A stretch of 64,000 bases of DNA from an uncultured cyanobacterium (lineage in GTDB: Bacteria > Cyanobacteriota > Cyanobacteriia > Cyanobacteriales > CAWUOF01): NCBI GenBank assembly GCA_963744145.1, contig CAVUSO010000001.1:3168001-3232000 (forward strand), written 5' to 3'. The notes under the pieces were generated by a model that saw only the letters and a list, made by a program, of their open reading frames with translations, searched no databases and was not told the origin of the DNA. Below, piece after piece: positions 24,362 through 34,127 of this stretch. The translations under genes were made by a program, and so were the position numbers. Within the stretch, counting starts at the first letter, position 1. Each line of letters opens with the position of its first letter.

Positions 24362-24625
24362 CCCAGATATCTCAAGGCCATTAATTCCGAGCTCGATAAT
24401 TTTGAGCTTTCAGAAATTGAGCCAATGAAGCTAATCGAGGCAGCAATTCACCCTAGCAATCACATCCTAGTCCTAACGCTAATGTTCTAGCCCAAAGTAG
24501 GATCAGGATCGCATAGTTCTGTTTACCTACAACTCGATCGCGATCACACCATCCAAGCACTTTCTTGAAACGTTCAACATCAATGCCAGTCGGATCTCGG
24601 TAACGCTCTACTTTCTCACTGGCGA
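24341..24625 (-). pseudogene. Tyrosine recombinase remnant B
   Basis: EKVERYRDPTGIDVERFKKVLGWCDRDRVVGKQNYAILILLW and the same LEISGLIAGLV* tail as remnant A. Confidence 0.8.
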
Positions 24626-25004
24626 TCGGATCACCTCTAATCGCCGAATATATGGACAAATGTGGACTCTTGCGATCTTAATCAAAAAAAAAGAACACCT
24701 TTGCGCCTCAAAAGTGGTGATTCTCTCTGGCAGATCTGCTGGCATTACAGATAGAAGCTACGATATTGTTCTTTTCAGACCCGCCTCGACGTGGCGTTTA
24801 AAACTCTGATTGCTCAGGCTGACCGTGAGCGTAGTCGAATGGTAATTGTTTCCTCGTCAATGTTACTTAGGCTTGTTCGGTTCAGTTCACTTTCTTGAGC
24901 TTTATAGGAATGTTTAAAACTGAACGGCAGAGCTACAAGCTGGAAAGCACTCGCAGGTTTACCCTGAGCGGAGTCGAAGGGTGCCATGACCTAAATAACG
25001 TAGC

Positions 25005-25030
25005 AGGGGCGTATAGCAATACGCCCCTAC
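25005..25030. repeat. GTAG-family REP-like hairpin
   Basis: AGGGGCGTAT-AGCA-ATACGCCCCTAC; near copy at 44253-44280. Confidence 0.8.
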
Positions 25031-25210
25031 ATAGACTGGCCATCTCTACACTTTATGTACTGGTTGTCCAGATATGAAAGCGTGTTTAGCGGATCGCAGT
25101 AAAAATTAGTTGATGATTCTCATAGCACATTTGATAGGTATAAATTGTAATTAATGGGATCACTTATCAATCAACAAGGTTGAGAATCTGAAAATTTTTT
25201 CCAAAACCAC

Positions 25211-25240
25211 TAGACAAATAATTTTTGATATTGTTATAAT
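25211..25240 (+). promoter_or_regulatory. Sigma70-type promoter of tRNA-His
   Basis: TAGACA-18 bp-TATAAT with extended TG, just upstream of the tRNA. Confidence 0.7.
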
Positions 25241-25252
25241 GGATAACGCGAT

Positions 25253-25326
25253 GGCGAGCGTAGCCAAGTGGTTAAGGCAGTGGATTGTGGTTCCACCACT
25301 CGCGGGTTCGAGTCCCGTCGTTCGCC
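25253..25326 (+). tRNA. trnH: tRNA-His(GTG)
   Basis: Acceptor GCGAGCG/CGTTCGC, anticodon arm GTGGA-TTGTGGT-TCCAC, T loop TTCGAGT, G-1 and C73; CCA not encoded. Confidence 0.97.
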
Positions 25327-25350
25327 CTTATTAATGGGGATCATCTTTTT

Positions 25351-26658
25351 TTAGTGGATCGCATCTGGTAACTCTTGTTCAATCAGTTGTAAACGTGGGT
25401 TTTGAAAACCTTTGATGGCGATCGCAACTGTTCCCATCCCCATTAAGATCAAAAGAAAGGCAATTCCTCGTCCTGGACCGACTCCGACTAGATGTCCAAT
25501 CGTACCAGCTAACCAACCATTTTGGGCTAATAGGGGTTCAAAAATTAAATCGGCTAATGGACCAGCAAGAAAATAAGCGATCGGTACAGGTATCCAAGTT
25601 ACCATCCAACGGACCGAAAAGACTCTTCCCTGGACATCAGCAGGAATTTTACTTTGCCAAATGGCATTATTGGAGCCAATAATAAAGGGAGCACTAAATA
25701 ATCCGACAAAGCAAAAAAAGGCAATCCAACCCACGGAACGACTTAAACCCACAGCAATAATTGATAATCCTAATAATAATTCAAACCCCAGAATCCCATA
25801 GACTCGTTTTTTTGGCCCGCCCCAGGTACTCATAATGATTAGTCCGCTCATCATGGCAATTCCTGCTGCTGTAAAAACTATACTAAGTTCTTTAGTAGTA
25901 GCAAAACTTAAGATCATGGGCACCATTAATACTTGAGAAATGCTAACCATAAAATTAGTTAAGGCTAATAAAATTACTAATGCTAATAAACCAGGGTATT
26001 TGGCAATATAAGTCCAACCATAAACTGCATCTTTTAAGATCGAACTCTGCTCATGTTGACCTGAAGAAGTTTTTTCATGTTTGCTAAATCTCGCTAGTAA
26101 TAAAGTCACCACAGAAAACATAAAGCTGGCTAAATCCAGCACTAAAATTCCTTTAATTTTAATTTGTGCAACTAAGAGACTGGCTAAAATTGGTGCTATT
26201 AATTTTTCTGCTGCGTAGGGAACTTGAATCATTCCACTCACTCGACCAAAATGTTTTTTTGGCACCATTTGGGTGATCGCGGCACAATATGCGGGCCATT
26301 GGAACCCTTTAAAAATAGAAGTGGTAGCAGCAGCAATATAGATGGGCCATATTTCATGGCGATCGCCTAAAATTAGGGCAATAATTAGCAAAGAGCCAAA
26401 AGCTGCGCCAATTTCACTGACAATCATAATAGTACGACGGTTAGCACGATCAGCCAATGCTCCTGCAAAGGGCGATATTAATATTCCTGGTAATTCACTG
26501 AATACATAAATCAGGGTAAATTCGGTAACAACTCCAGTAGTTTGATAGATCCAGATCCCCATCGCAAAACCAGTTAGACCAGAGCCAAGTAAGGAAACTA
26601 CTTGACCCAACCAAACCAAAGCAAACATTTCCATCCCTTTGGCTATGGGGCGTTGCAT
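25351..26658 (-). CDS. MFS exporter (DHA3/macrolide-efflux-like)
   Basis: WLGQVVSLLGS, GALADRANRR and QGRVFS motifs; many TM helices. Confidence 0.9.
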   Translation of the reverse strand: MQRPIAKGMEMFALVWLGQVVSLLGSGLTGFAMGIWIYQTTGVVTEFTLIYVFSELPGILISPFAGALADRANRRTIMIVSEIGAAFGSLLIIALILGDRHEIWPIYIAAATTSIFKGFQWPAYCAAITQMVPKKHFGRVSGMIQVPYAAEKLIAPILASLLVAQIKIKGILVLDLASFMFSVVTLLLARFSKHEKTSSGQHEQSSILKDAVYGWTYIAKYPGLLALVILLALTNFMVSISQVLMVPMILSFATTKELSIVFTAAGIAMMSGLIIMSTWGGPKKRVYGILGFELLLGLSIIAVGLSRSVGWIAFFCFVGLFSAPFIIGSNNAIWQSKIPADVQGRVFSVRWMVTWIPVPIAYFLAGPLADLIFEPLLAQNGWLAGTIGHLVGVGPGRGIAFLLILMGMGTVAIAIKGFQNPRLQLIEQELPDAIH

Positions 26659-26676
26659 ATTTTCCTTTTTCCTAAA

Positions 26677-27588
26677 CTATGAAACTTTCCCAATTTTACT
26701 GAGTGCTTGAACATGAACTTCGATCTGATCTGCTGAATCTGTAATTAAATCTTCATCAAAAACGATCGCACCTGGTTCAAATAGTAATACTACGGTAGAC
26801 CCTCCAAATTTAAAATAACCTTTTTCTTGTCCTTTTTTCACCTGACCAGGAGTAAATGTTTGGATAATGCTACCAACGCAAATAGCACCTACTTCTATAT
26901 AAGCAATTTTTCCGAAATTTTGAGAATCAAACTCAGTCACACTACGTTTATTGCGACAAAATACATCCGGGATCTTAGTTAAAGCGATCGGATTGACTGA
27001 ATGATATTCTCCTTTAATATTTTGAGTGGGTTGAGCTAACCCATCATCAGGAAAATGAAACCGATGATAATCATAAGGAGCAAGACGAACTATCAATGCT
27101 GATCCATGATGATAGGGTTTGGCTAATTCGGTTGATGCTAATAATGATTCAATGGTAATTGTAGCTGTTTTTACTGGTAAATGGGTGGCGGTGGTTAATC
27201 TTGGATAAACTAATACTTTCCCTTCTGCTGGAGCGCAAAATATAGATGAGTCTTGGGGAATTGGTCTAGCTTCGGGTTTGAGTTGGCGATAGAAAAAAGC
27301 ATTATAATGGGGATAGTCAGCGATCGCTAATTCTGCTTCTTCCATCTTAATTTGATATTTAGCCACAAAATCGGGGATTTTTTTGCGACTACTGGGTAGT
27401 TCTTGTAATTTTCCATATAACCAGCAAAACACTTGGTGATTGAGGAAATACTGAAAAACTTGAAACCCGAGAGAATCTTCATACAACCAGCGTAAAGTAT
27501 TTTCAGCAAAAATATTTTCAGTAATCAGTTTACGAGTTTGGCGATCGCGATAAATAACTGCTGTCTGGGGATTAGCAATAAGAGTCAT
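26677..27588 (-). CDS. psd: Phosphatidylserine decarboxylase proenzyme
   Basis: NAFFYRQLK, RLAPYDYHRFHFP, SVNP and GYFKFGGST (self-cleavage Ser). Confidence 0.92.
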   Translation of the reverse strand: MTLIANPQTAVIYRDRQTRKLITENIFAENTLRWLYEDSLGFQVFQYFLNHQVFCWLYGKLQELPSSRKKIPDFVAKYQIKMEEAELAIADYPHYNAFFYRQLKPEARPIPQDSSIFCAPAEGKVLVYPRLTTATHLPVKTATITIESLLASTELAKPYHHGSALIVRLAPYDYHRFHFPDDGLAQPTQNIKGEYHSVNPIALTKIPDVFCRNKRSVTEFDSQNFGKIAYIEVGAICVGSIIQTFTPGQVKKGQEKGYFKFGGSTVVLLFEPGAIVFDEDLITDSADQIEVHVQALSKIGKVS

Positions 27589-27617
27589 TCAATCCTCTCT
27601 CCTCCAACTGATTTAGA

Positions 27618-28256
27618 CTAAAAAATCTCTACTCTACCAAGTATAGCCCAAATATAAATACCTGTCAGCCCTAATGCTCCCAATCCAAATAACCCGTACC
27701 AGATCCCCCGGATTTTCACCATTTGAAAATTAGCTACCATCGCTATAGCTAAGATGAAATATATCCCAGCTAAAACCCATTTCATTATTTCCACTGGTAA
27801 CACAAAACTTGCTGTAAATGTCAAGGGGATGAATAAAGCTGCATAAGTTACAGGTAATCCCGTAAAATACTCATTATTGCCAGTTGTAGTTAAACCTGTA
27901 CTATTAAAATAAGCTAACCGCAATACATTCGCACTAATATAGATCATCAATAAAGCGATCGAGAATAGATCTTGTAATCCATAACAATAAGCAACGATCG
28001 CTGGACTGAAACCAAAAGAGCATATATCGGCTAAACTGTCAAGATGTTTCCCGACCTCAGCTTGCAATTCAGTCCGTTGCATTTTGCGAGCAATAAATCC
28101 ATCAAATAAATCAATTATACCTGCATAAATCAGACAAATCATTGCCGCATAAAAATTTTGTTCGATCGCAAATATTACACTCAAAAAACTTAATATTAAT
28201 CCAGTTAAAGTCAGAGCATTCGGGAAATCAAGTTGACGAATAATAGGACTGAGCAT
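27618..28256 (-). CDS. pssA: CDP-alcohol phosphatidyltransferase, PssA-like
   Basis: PNALT, DLFDGFIAR...GKHLDSLAD, LRLAYFN and FTGLP motifs. Confidence 0.82.
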   Translation of the reverse strand: MLSPIIRQLDFPNALTLTGLILSFLSVIFAIEQNFYAAMICLIYAGIIDLFDGFIARKMQRTELQAEVGKHLDSLADICSFGFSPAIVAYCYGLQDLFSIALLMIYISANVLRLAYFNSTGLTTTGNNEYFTGLPVTYAALFIPLTFTASFVLPVEIMKWVLAGIYFILAIAMVANFQMVKIRGIWYGLFGLGALGLTGIYIWAILGRVEIF

Positions 28257-28263
28257 AGTTATT

Positions 28264-29136
28264 TTAGGGGATAGCTAAATTAGTGCTATGTTGAGTGATT
28301 ACGATGGGATTTTTCGATAAAATTTGCAGAATTATATCAAACATCTCTTGTTGAATATAAGCATCTTGGTAAATAGCATTTTTACCCGCGTGGGTGATAA
28401 TTTGGGGTTGATTAGGATATTTTAAAATCGGTGATCCATCAGCATTGTATCTATAGGATTGCTCTTTTTGATTAGAATAGCTAGCAGGATAAACTGCTGT
28501 TATTTCTCCACTATCTTGGGGGTTCATTGGAGCTCCAATATAATACCCAGTTCCAGGTATGGGTAATGCTGGAATTCCTCCCGGAAGAGATGAATATTTT
28601 GTCCAACGATTATAAAAATAGCCGATATTTTCCGCAACTGCTTCAGTAGTTCTGCGGTATTTTTGGTTAACTCCATCTAATACTGCTAAAAAAGTAATTT
28701 GACGTGAACCGATTTGGTGAGCTAGTTTGAGCAGAGCATTTCCTCCAAAACTATGTCCGATTAAAATTATTGGTCTACTGGGTGCGATCGCGGGGATCAC
28801 TTCCTCTACCATTTGACGAATAAATTTCCGATCGTCTAAATCTGAATATGCTGATCTCCGTCTGATATAAATATTATTCCAGTCTAAATCATAAACCGCT
28901 ATCTTTTTTTCCCTTAACTTTTTTTTAAGTTCAGGGGTCATACAAGGAGCACAACCACCGAATCCATTGACTAAAAAAACTATTGGTCCATCACTGGTTT
29001 TGATTTCTTCCCAGTTAATACTGGTCCCACTTGGATCAATTTTACCACAATTGCCACCCAATATGCTAAATCCACTAGATATTACGGCGATCGCGAAGTT
29101 TTTTGTCCAAGCTGTAACTAAATTTCCTAGTTTCAT
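28264..29136 (-). CDS. Alpha/beta hydrolase (lipase/thioesterase-like)
   Basis: VFLVNGFGG oxyanion region, GHSFGG nucleophile elbow and LAVLD. Confidence 0.7.
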   Translation of the reverse strand: MKLGNLVTAWTKNFAIAVISSGFSILGGNCGKIDPSGTSINWEEIKTSDGPIVFLVNGFGGCAPCMTPELKKKLREKKIAVYDLDWNNIYIRRRSAYSDLDDRKFIRQMVEEVIPAIAPSRPIILIGHSFGGNALLKLAHQIGSRQITFLAVLDGVNQKYRRTTEAVAENIGYFYNRWTKYSSLPGGIPALPIPGTGYYIGAPMNPQDSGEITAVYPASYSNQKEQSYRYNADGSPILKYPNQPQIITHAGKNAIYQDAYIQQEMFDIILQILSKNPIVITQHSTNLAIP

Positions 29137-29147
29137 GGTGCTAACAT

Positions 29148-30014
29148 TTAACTAATATTAATTAAATTATGGATGAAAAGTAAGTAGATAATCGGGGAAG
29201 TAAAGAGAAAATTATCAAATCGATCTAATATACCCCCATGACCAGGTAATAAATTACTAAAGTCCTTAATTCCTAACTTTCTTTTTAATGAAGACAGTAA
29301 CAAATCTCCAGCATTACCAAAAAACAAAATCGCGCTAAATAGCAGAAAGTCTTGATAGATATTATTTGCACTTAAAACTGGAAGATATGTATGTAAAATC
29401 ATGATCCCTAAAATAATCCCTACTCCTCCAAATAAATAACCTTCCAGGGTTTTCGACGGACTAATTTTTTTAAATAAATGGATTTTCCCAAAAGCTTTCC
29501 CAAATAAATAGCCAAAAGCATCATTCAGTTGTAAAAGTAATAGTAGCATTACGATTGTTTCTGGTTGGATTTCCATTAATTCCACCAAAAAATTTGCGGA
29601 AGGAATCAGAAAAAATAAGGAAAATGCTAATAAATATCCGGGTTGCCTGATTAATTTAGAATTACCGAGGAAAGTGACTAAACAAATACAAGTAAATAGG
29701 GGAATTGTAAAGATGATCAATTGACTATTCAAAAGTAAATAGACAAAAAACATGATTTGCGAAATTCCAAATAAACTTAATAAAGTTTGATTAATCGCAT
29801 AATTCTTAGCTACTTCATATAACGCGAATAAAAAAATAAAAGACGCTAAGATTGTAAAGGACATAGTACCATTGACGATCGCGAAACAAATAATATGTAA
29901 TAACATTACTAATGTTATTGATCTAATTATAGTTTCTTTCTTTTTCTGGAAAATAGAAATTCCTAAGACTGTCAAAATTAGAGCTAGGGATAAACAATAA
30001 AAAAGAGTTAACAT
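29148..30014 (-). CDS. cdsA: Phosphatidate cytidylyltransferase family protein
   Basis: ISPSKTLEG and IKDFSNLLPGHGGILDRFD signature. Confidence 0.9.
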   Translation of the reverse strand: MLTLFYCLSLALILTVLGISIFQKKKETIIRSITLVMLLHIICFAIVNGTMSFTILASFIFLFALYEVAKNYAINQTLLSLFGISQIMFFVYLLLNSQLIIFTIPLFTCICLVTFLGNSKLIRQPGYLLAFSLFFLIPSANFLVELMEIQPETIVMLLLLLQLNDAFGYLFGKAFGKIHLFKKISPSKTLEGYLFGGVGIILGIMILHTYLPVLSANNIYQDFLLFSAILFFGNAGDLLLSSLKRKLGIKDFSNLLPGHGGILDRFDNFLFTSPIIYLLFIHNLINIS

Positions 30015-30112
30015 TGTTAATGATTTGTTAATAATTTTGGACTGATGACGATCTGTCTGTTTTGGTAACAGCTTGAAGGAAATTTAATTGTCAAGGAAAA
30101 ATAACGACCTAT

Positions 30113-30877
30113 CTAGATTTTTTTCGTCAATAGGATAGTACCCCTAAACTCATCTTCTAAGGGGAAAATTCCTGGAGTCTGAGAAATAGTATCAATTTGT
30201 GCTTGGGTAAGAACTGAGAAATATTGAGTTAACCATCCTGATTTAAGTCCCCAATTATATAATTCTGAGAAATCAGCAAATCGCACTTTTTCCTGAAGAG
30301 TTACATGATCAAGAATTTCCAAACCTACCATTTTTAAAAGATTTTTTAAAGCTGTGGGAGTTGCTGGAACTTGAGCCATTTTCTTAATATCTTCGATCGA
30401 CATAAAATTTTGGGCTAAAGATTGCATGACTTGAAAGCTTTCATAGGTAGATGTAGCAATAGAACATAATCCACCTGGGTGCAAAATTTTAGCAGCATCA
30501 GTAAGAATTTTTTCTGGCTCGACATAACTCAAGATAAAATGAATCAATACTAAATCAATCCGATTTGGTTCGATGTAATTAAGGACATTATTCACATCAT
30601 CATGAAAGGTAGTAATTGCCATTTTCTTTTTGGCAATTTCAATCATATTTTTGGAGATATCAATCCCATATAAATCCGCATCAGGATATAATTCTTTTAT
30701 TTCTAAAAGTATTTCTCCCGTACCTAGAGCCATGTCTAAAATGCTATGAATCGATCCAGTCACAGATTGATTTTTTAATTGGCTCACAACTAGATGACGA
30801 GATTTACTTAATAACTCAAATTGGTCATAATCGTAAGACTCGGCAATTAATTCATCATACATATTCGCAATATTCAC
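30113..30877 (-). CDS. Class I SAM-dependent methyltransferase
   Basis: ILDMALGTG, GIDIS and LHPGG; AGGAG before the GTG start. Confidence 0.9.
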   Translation of the reverse strand: MNIANMYDELIAESYDYDQFELLSKSRHLVVSQLKNQSVTGSIHSILDMALGTGEILLEIKELYPDADLYGIDISKNMIEIAKKKMAITTFHDDVNNVLNYIEPNRIDLVLIHFILSYVEPEKILTDAAKILHPGGLCSIATSTYESFQVMQSLAQNFMSIEDIKKMAQVPATPTALKNLLKMVGLEILDHVTLQEKVRFADFSELYNWGLKSGWLTQYFSVLTQAQIDTISQTPGIFPLEDEFRGTILLTKKI

Positions 30878-30928
30878 AATTTCATCTCCTGATTGACTAA
30901 AAAAACTATTTACCGTTAACCTCTTTGC

Positions 30929-33749
30929 TCAATTTCCTAAATTTTCCACTGCTTCTCTTAGACATTGAGTGAGTTGATTTTCAGCAGCCCAACCTTCTAC
31001 TCCCGAAGGAGGTAAAATTGGTACACCAAAGACAATCCGCAACTTTTGACGTTGAAATTTAATCTGACTAAATAGGTTGGGGATACGTCGATGAGCAGGA
31101 AAAATTGAGTAAGCACCAATAATTCGGACTGGAATTAAGGGAGCACCTGTCGCTAAAGCTAGTTTAGCTGGACCACGACGAAACGGTAAAAGTTCTCCTG
31201 TCCGAGTACGTGTTCCTTCTGGATGAATTAAGAGAGGACGACCAGCACATAAAGCTTTATGTCCAGCACGAATCGCTGGTAAAACATCCCCCTGACGATC
31301 GATGGGAATACCACCAGCAATACTAGCAAATAAACGGGTAGAAAGGTGATCGAAATGTTCCCGTTTAGCAAAACTGCATAAATTACGTCGGACAGAAGGA
31401 TGTAAACAAGCAGCAATCCAAAAAACATCTAGATGAGATTCATGGTTAGGACAAAGAATAAATGGTCCTGTTGCTGGTAAATGTTCTAATCCACTTACTT
31501 CTAATCCCCATACCATCTGAGAAATTAGACGAAAATAAGATAAAGTTAAACGAGTCAAAAAACCCCGTGGTGGGGGGACTTTTTCCATCCGATCACCACC
31601 TAAAAGATCCTCTGCTAAGGATGATTTTACGATCGGAGTATTTTTACTTGTTAATGCTTGACGGACTGCTGCGACCAAATCACCAACACTGTGAAAAATT
31701 GGGAGATTTTGTTCATCTATTTTAATCCCAAATGCCCTTTCTAACTTAGCAGCTAATTCCACTACTCCCAGGGAATCAAGTCCGAGATTAGATTGCAAAG
31801 TTGAATTGAGATTAATCTGAGAACATCCTCCGATCTCCTGCATTGCTTCATTCAAGATTGTGATTACACCGATCGCAATTTCATCTTGATTTTTATCCGT
31901 CGTCGCGATCGCTGGTAAAACAGATGTTTCTCCCCTCTCGATCGCCCGCGCTAGACCACTAGTAAAAACCACATCTAAACTTTGTTGCAAAAATCCAGTT
32001 CGACAAGCATGACGCTGAATCTTACCACTAGAAGTCTTAGGAATACTCCCAGGTTTAATTAATAAAATCTGATCAACTTGTAATTGATGATGTTCAACTA
32101 CTGCTTGTCTAATTATTGATGCAATTGATTCTAACTCTGTCTGAGATTTACTGGGCTCGTTCGGATTAGTTTCCGACTGATTAGAACGACGACGTTCTAG
32201 ATACTTCCGTTCAACCTCAGCGACAATAATTAAACGTTCCTGTTCATCTAAGTCTACCGCAAACGCTGCTACCAAACCAGTTCTAATGGCTGGTGAACTT
32301 TTTTCTACAGTTGCTTCTAAATTCTTGAGGATAATGGTTACGACCTCTGATAATAATTAAATCTTTAATCCGACCAGTAACAAATAATTCACCATCTTTG
32401 ATAAAACCTAAATCACCAGTTCGCAGAAATGGACCTGCTCCCGTTTCTACTTCATAAGCTTGGAAGGTATTTTTAGTAGCGATCGGTGCATTCCAGTAAC
32501 CCAGAGCGACACTTGGACCAGCAACCCAAATCTCACCTACGCGCTCTGCTGAACATTGCATCTGGGTATGGGGATCAACAATGATCGTTTTTTGATCCAG
32601 CCAATTTTGACCACATCCCACTAAAGTTCTGGTATCATTATCCATTTCAGTGGCGGCGATCGCCCGATCTTGACTTAATTCCGTCCCCTTAACCTGATAT
32701 ATAACTGGAGTAACTCCTTTAGCACTACCACATACTGCTACAGTTGACTCAGCTAACCCATAACAGGGAGAAAAAGCTGTCGGACTGAAACCACATTCAG
32801 CAAAGATTGAGGTAAACTTCTCTAAGGTTTCCGAACGAATTGGTTCAGCTCCATTAAAAGCAACCTTCCAACTACTTAAATCAAGATTGATTCTTTGTTG
32901 AGCAGTAATTTTTTGAATACAAAGTTCATAGGCAAAATTTGGCCCACCACTAGTATGGGCTCGATAACGAGAAATTGCTTGTAACCATCGAACCGGACGC
33001 TGGAGAAAAACCACAGGGGACATCAGAATTGCTTGGGAGCCAATAAATAAAGCTTGAATTGTATTGCCTAAACCCATATCATGGTATAGGGGCAACCAAC
33101 TAACATAGCTAGATGTCTGATTATGCTGACAAGCTGTCTGAATAATGCGTTGATTGTGGATTAAATTACCATGACTAATCATTACCCCTTTCGGAGCTGA
33201 AGTTGAACCAGATGTATATTGGAGAAACGCTAGGGTTTGTGCATCAATTGCTGGTTCTTCCCATACTCCCGTGAAATTAATTTGATCTGTAGCGAACCAG
33301 GACATGGCTTGCAGATCAGAATACTGAGTAAACTGTCGTTCAATCTGAGCTAAGATGCTACTCGTGGTCAGACTAATCGTTGCTTGAGCATCAGCCACAA
33401 TTGCTTGTAAACGCTTGAGCGACTGGTTCAGTCGCGGTGGATAAGCAGGAACCGCCACCACCCCAGCATATAAGCAACCAAAAAATGCCACAATAAATTC
33501 TAATCCTGGAGGATAGAGCATCAATGCCCTTTTCCCAGTTGCGTTCAGACTTTGTAGTAGTCCCGCGATCGTCTGGGCTTGTTGATCCAATTCTTGATAA
33601 GTTAGACTAGTTTCTTGGTTTTCTCCGTCTTCGAGAAAGATAAAAGCAATTTCTGTGGGCTGAGTAATTGCTCTAGAACGTAAGAGTTCAACTAGCGTAT
33701 CAAACTCAAGAGTAGGAATTGGGTCGCAAAGCGTAATATTCATCGACAA
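30929..33749 (-). CDS. Fatty acyl-AMP ligase-ACP-PlsC-type acyltransferase fusion, interrupted by a 1-bp insertion at about 32322
   Basis: LQYTSGST, YGLAE, LRTGD and GRNHYPQ; removing one A gives DLEATVEKSSPAIRTGLVAAF, then PKTSSGK, ACP LGLDSL, and acyltransferase NHESHLD and HPEGTR. Confidence 0.88.
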
Positions 33750-34127
33750 TTCAAAATAAGTAAGGTTAATAGTAATTTTCTGGCGGGAAATTCACAGTGG
33801 CAAAGGTATTTACCCTGAATTTAGTTTAAACTTGGATTCAGTCTTAACATTGCATAATTTACTCATCACTTGATTGAGACTGAGGATATTGGCCACTCGG
33901 AGGACTGATCTATGTTTTAATTGGGATCACTCATTATATCTTCTCACCAGATTATTTAAGTTAATCTTAACCTTTTTTTACCATTTAGTCACAAATTGAT
34001 CAGACTTAATTTTTAAATAGTATTCACAAAAATCTTCGCATATTGCTTTAAACTAGCCAAAAATGGTTTGACCGCTCACTGACAGGGGATCAAGTGATCA
34101 AAATGTTGTTTCAAAATTGATAGGGTA

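Noticed and set aside
33750..34127. att duplication of the tRNA-His 3' end bounding the lipid operon
   Set aside because: No copy of the tRNA 3' sequence found by eye, so tRNA-targeted integration of this operon is unsupported.
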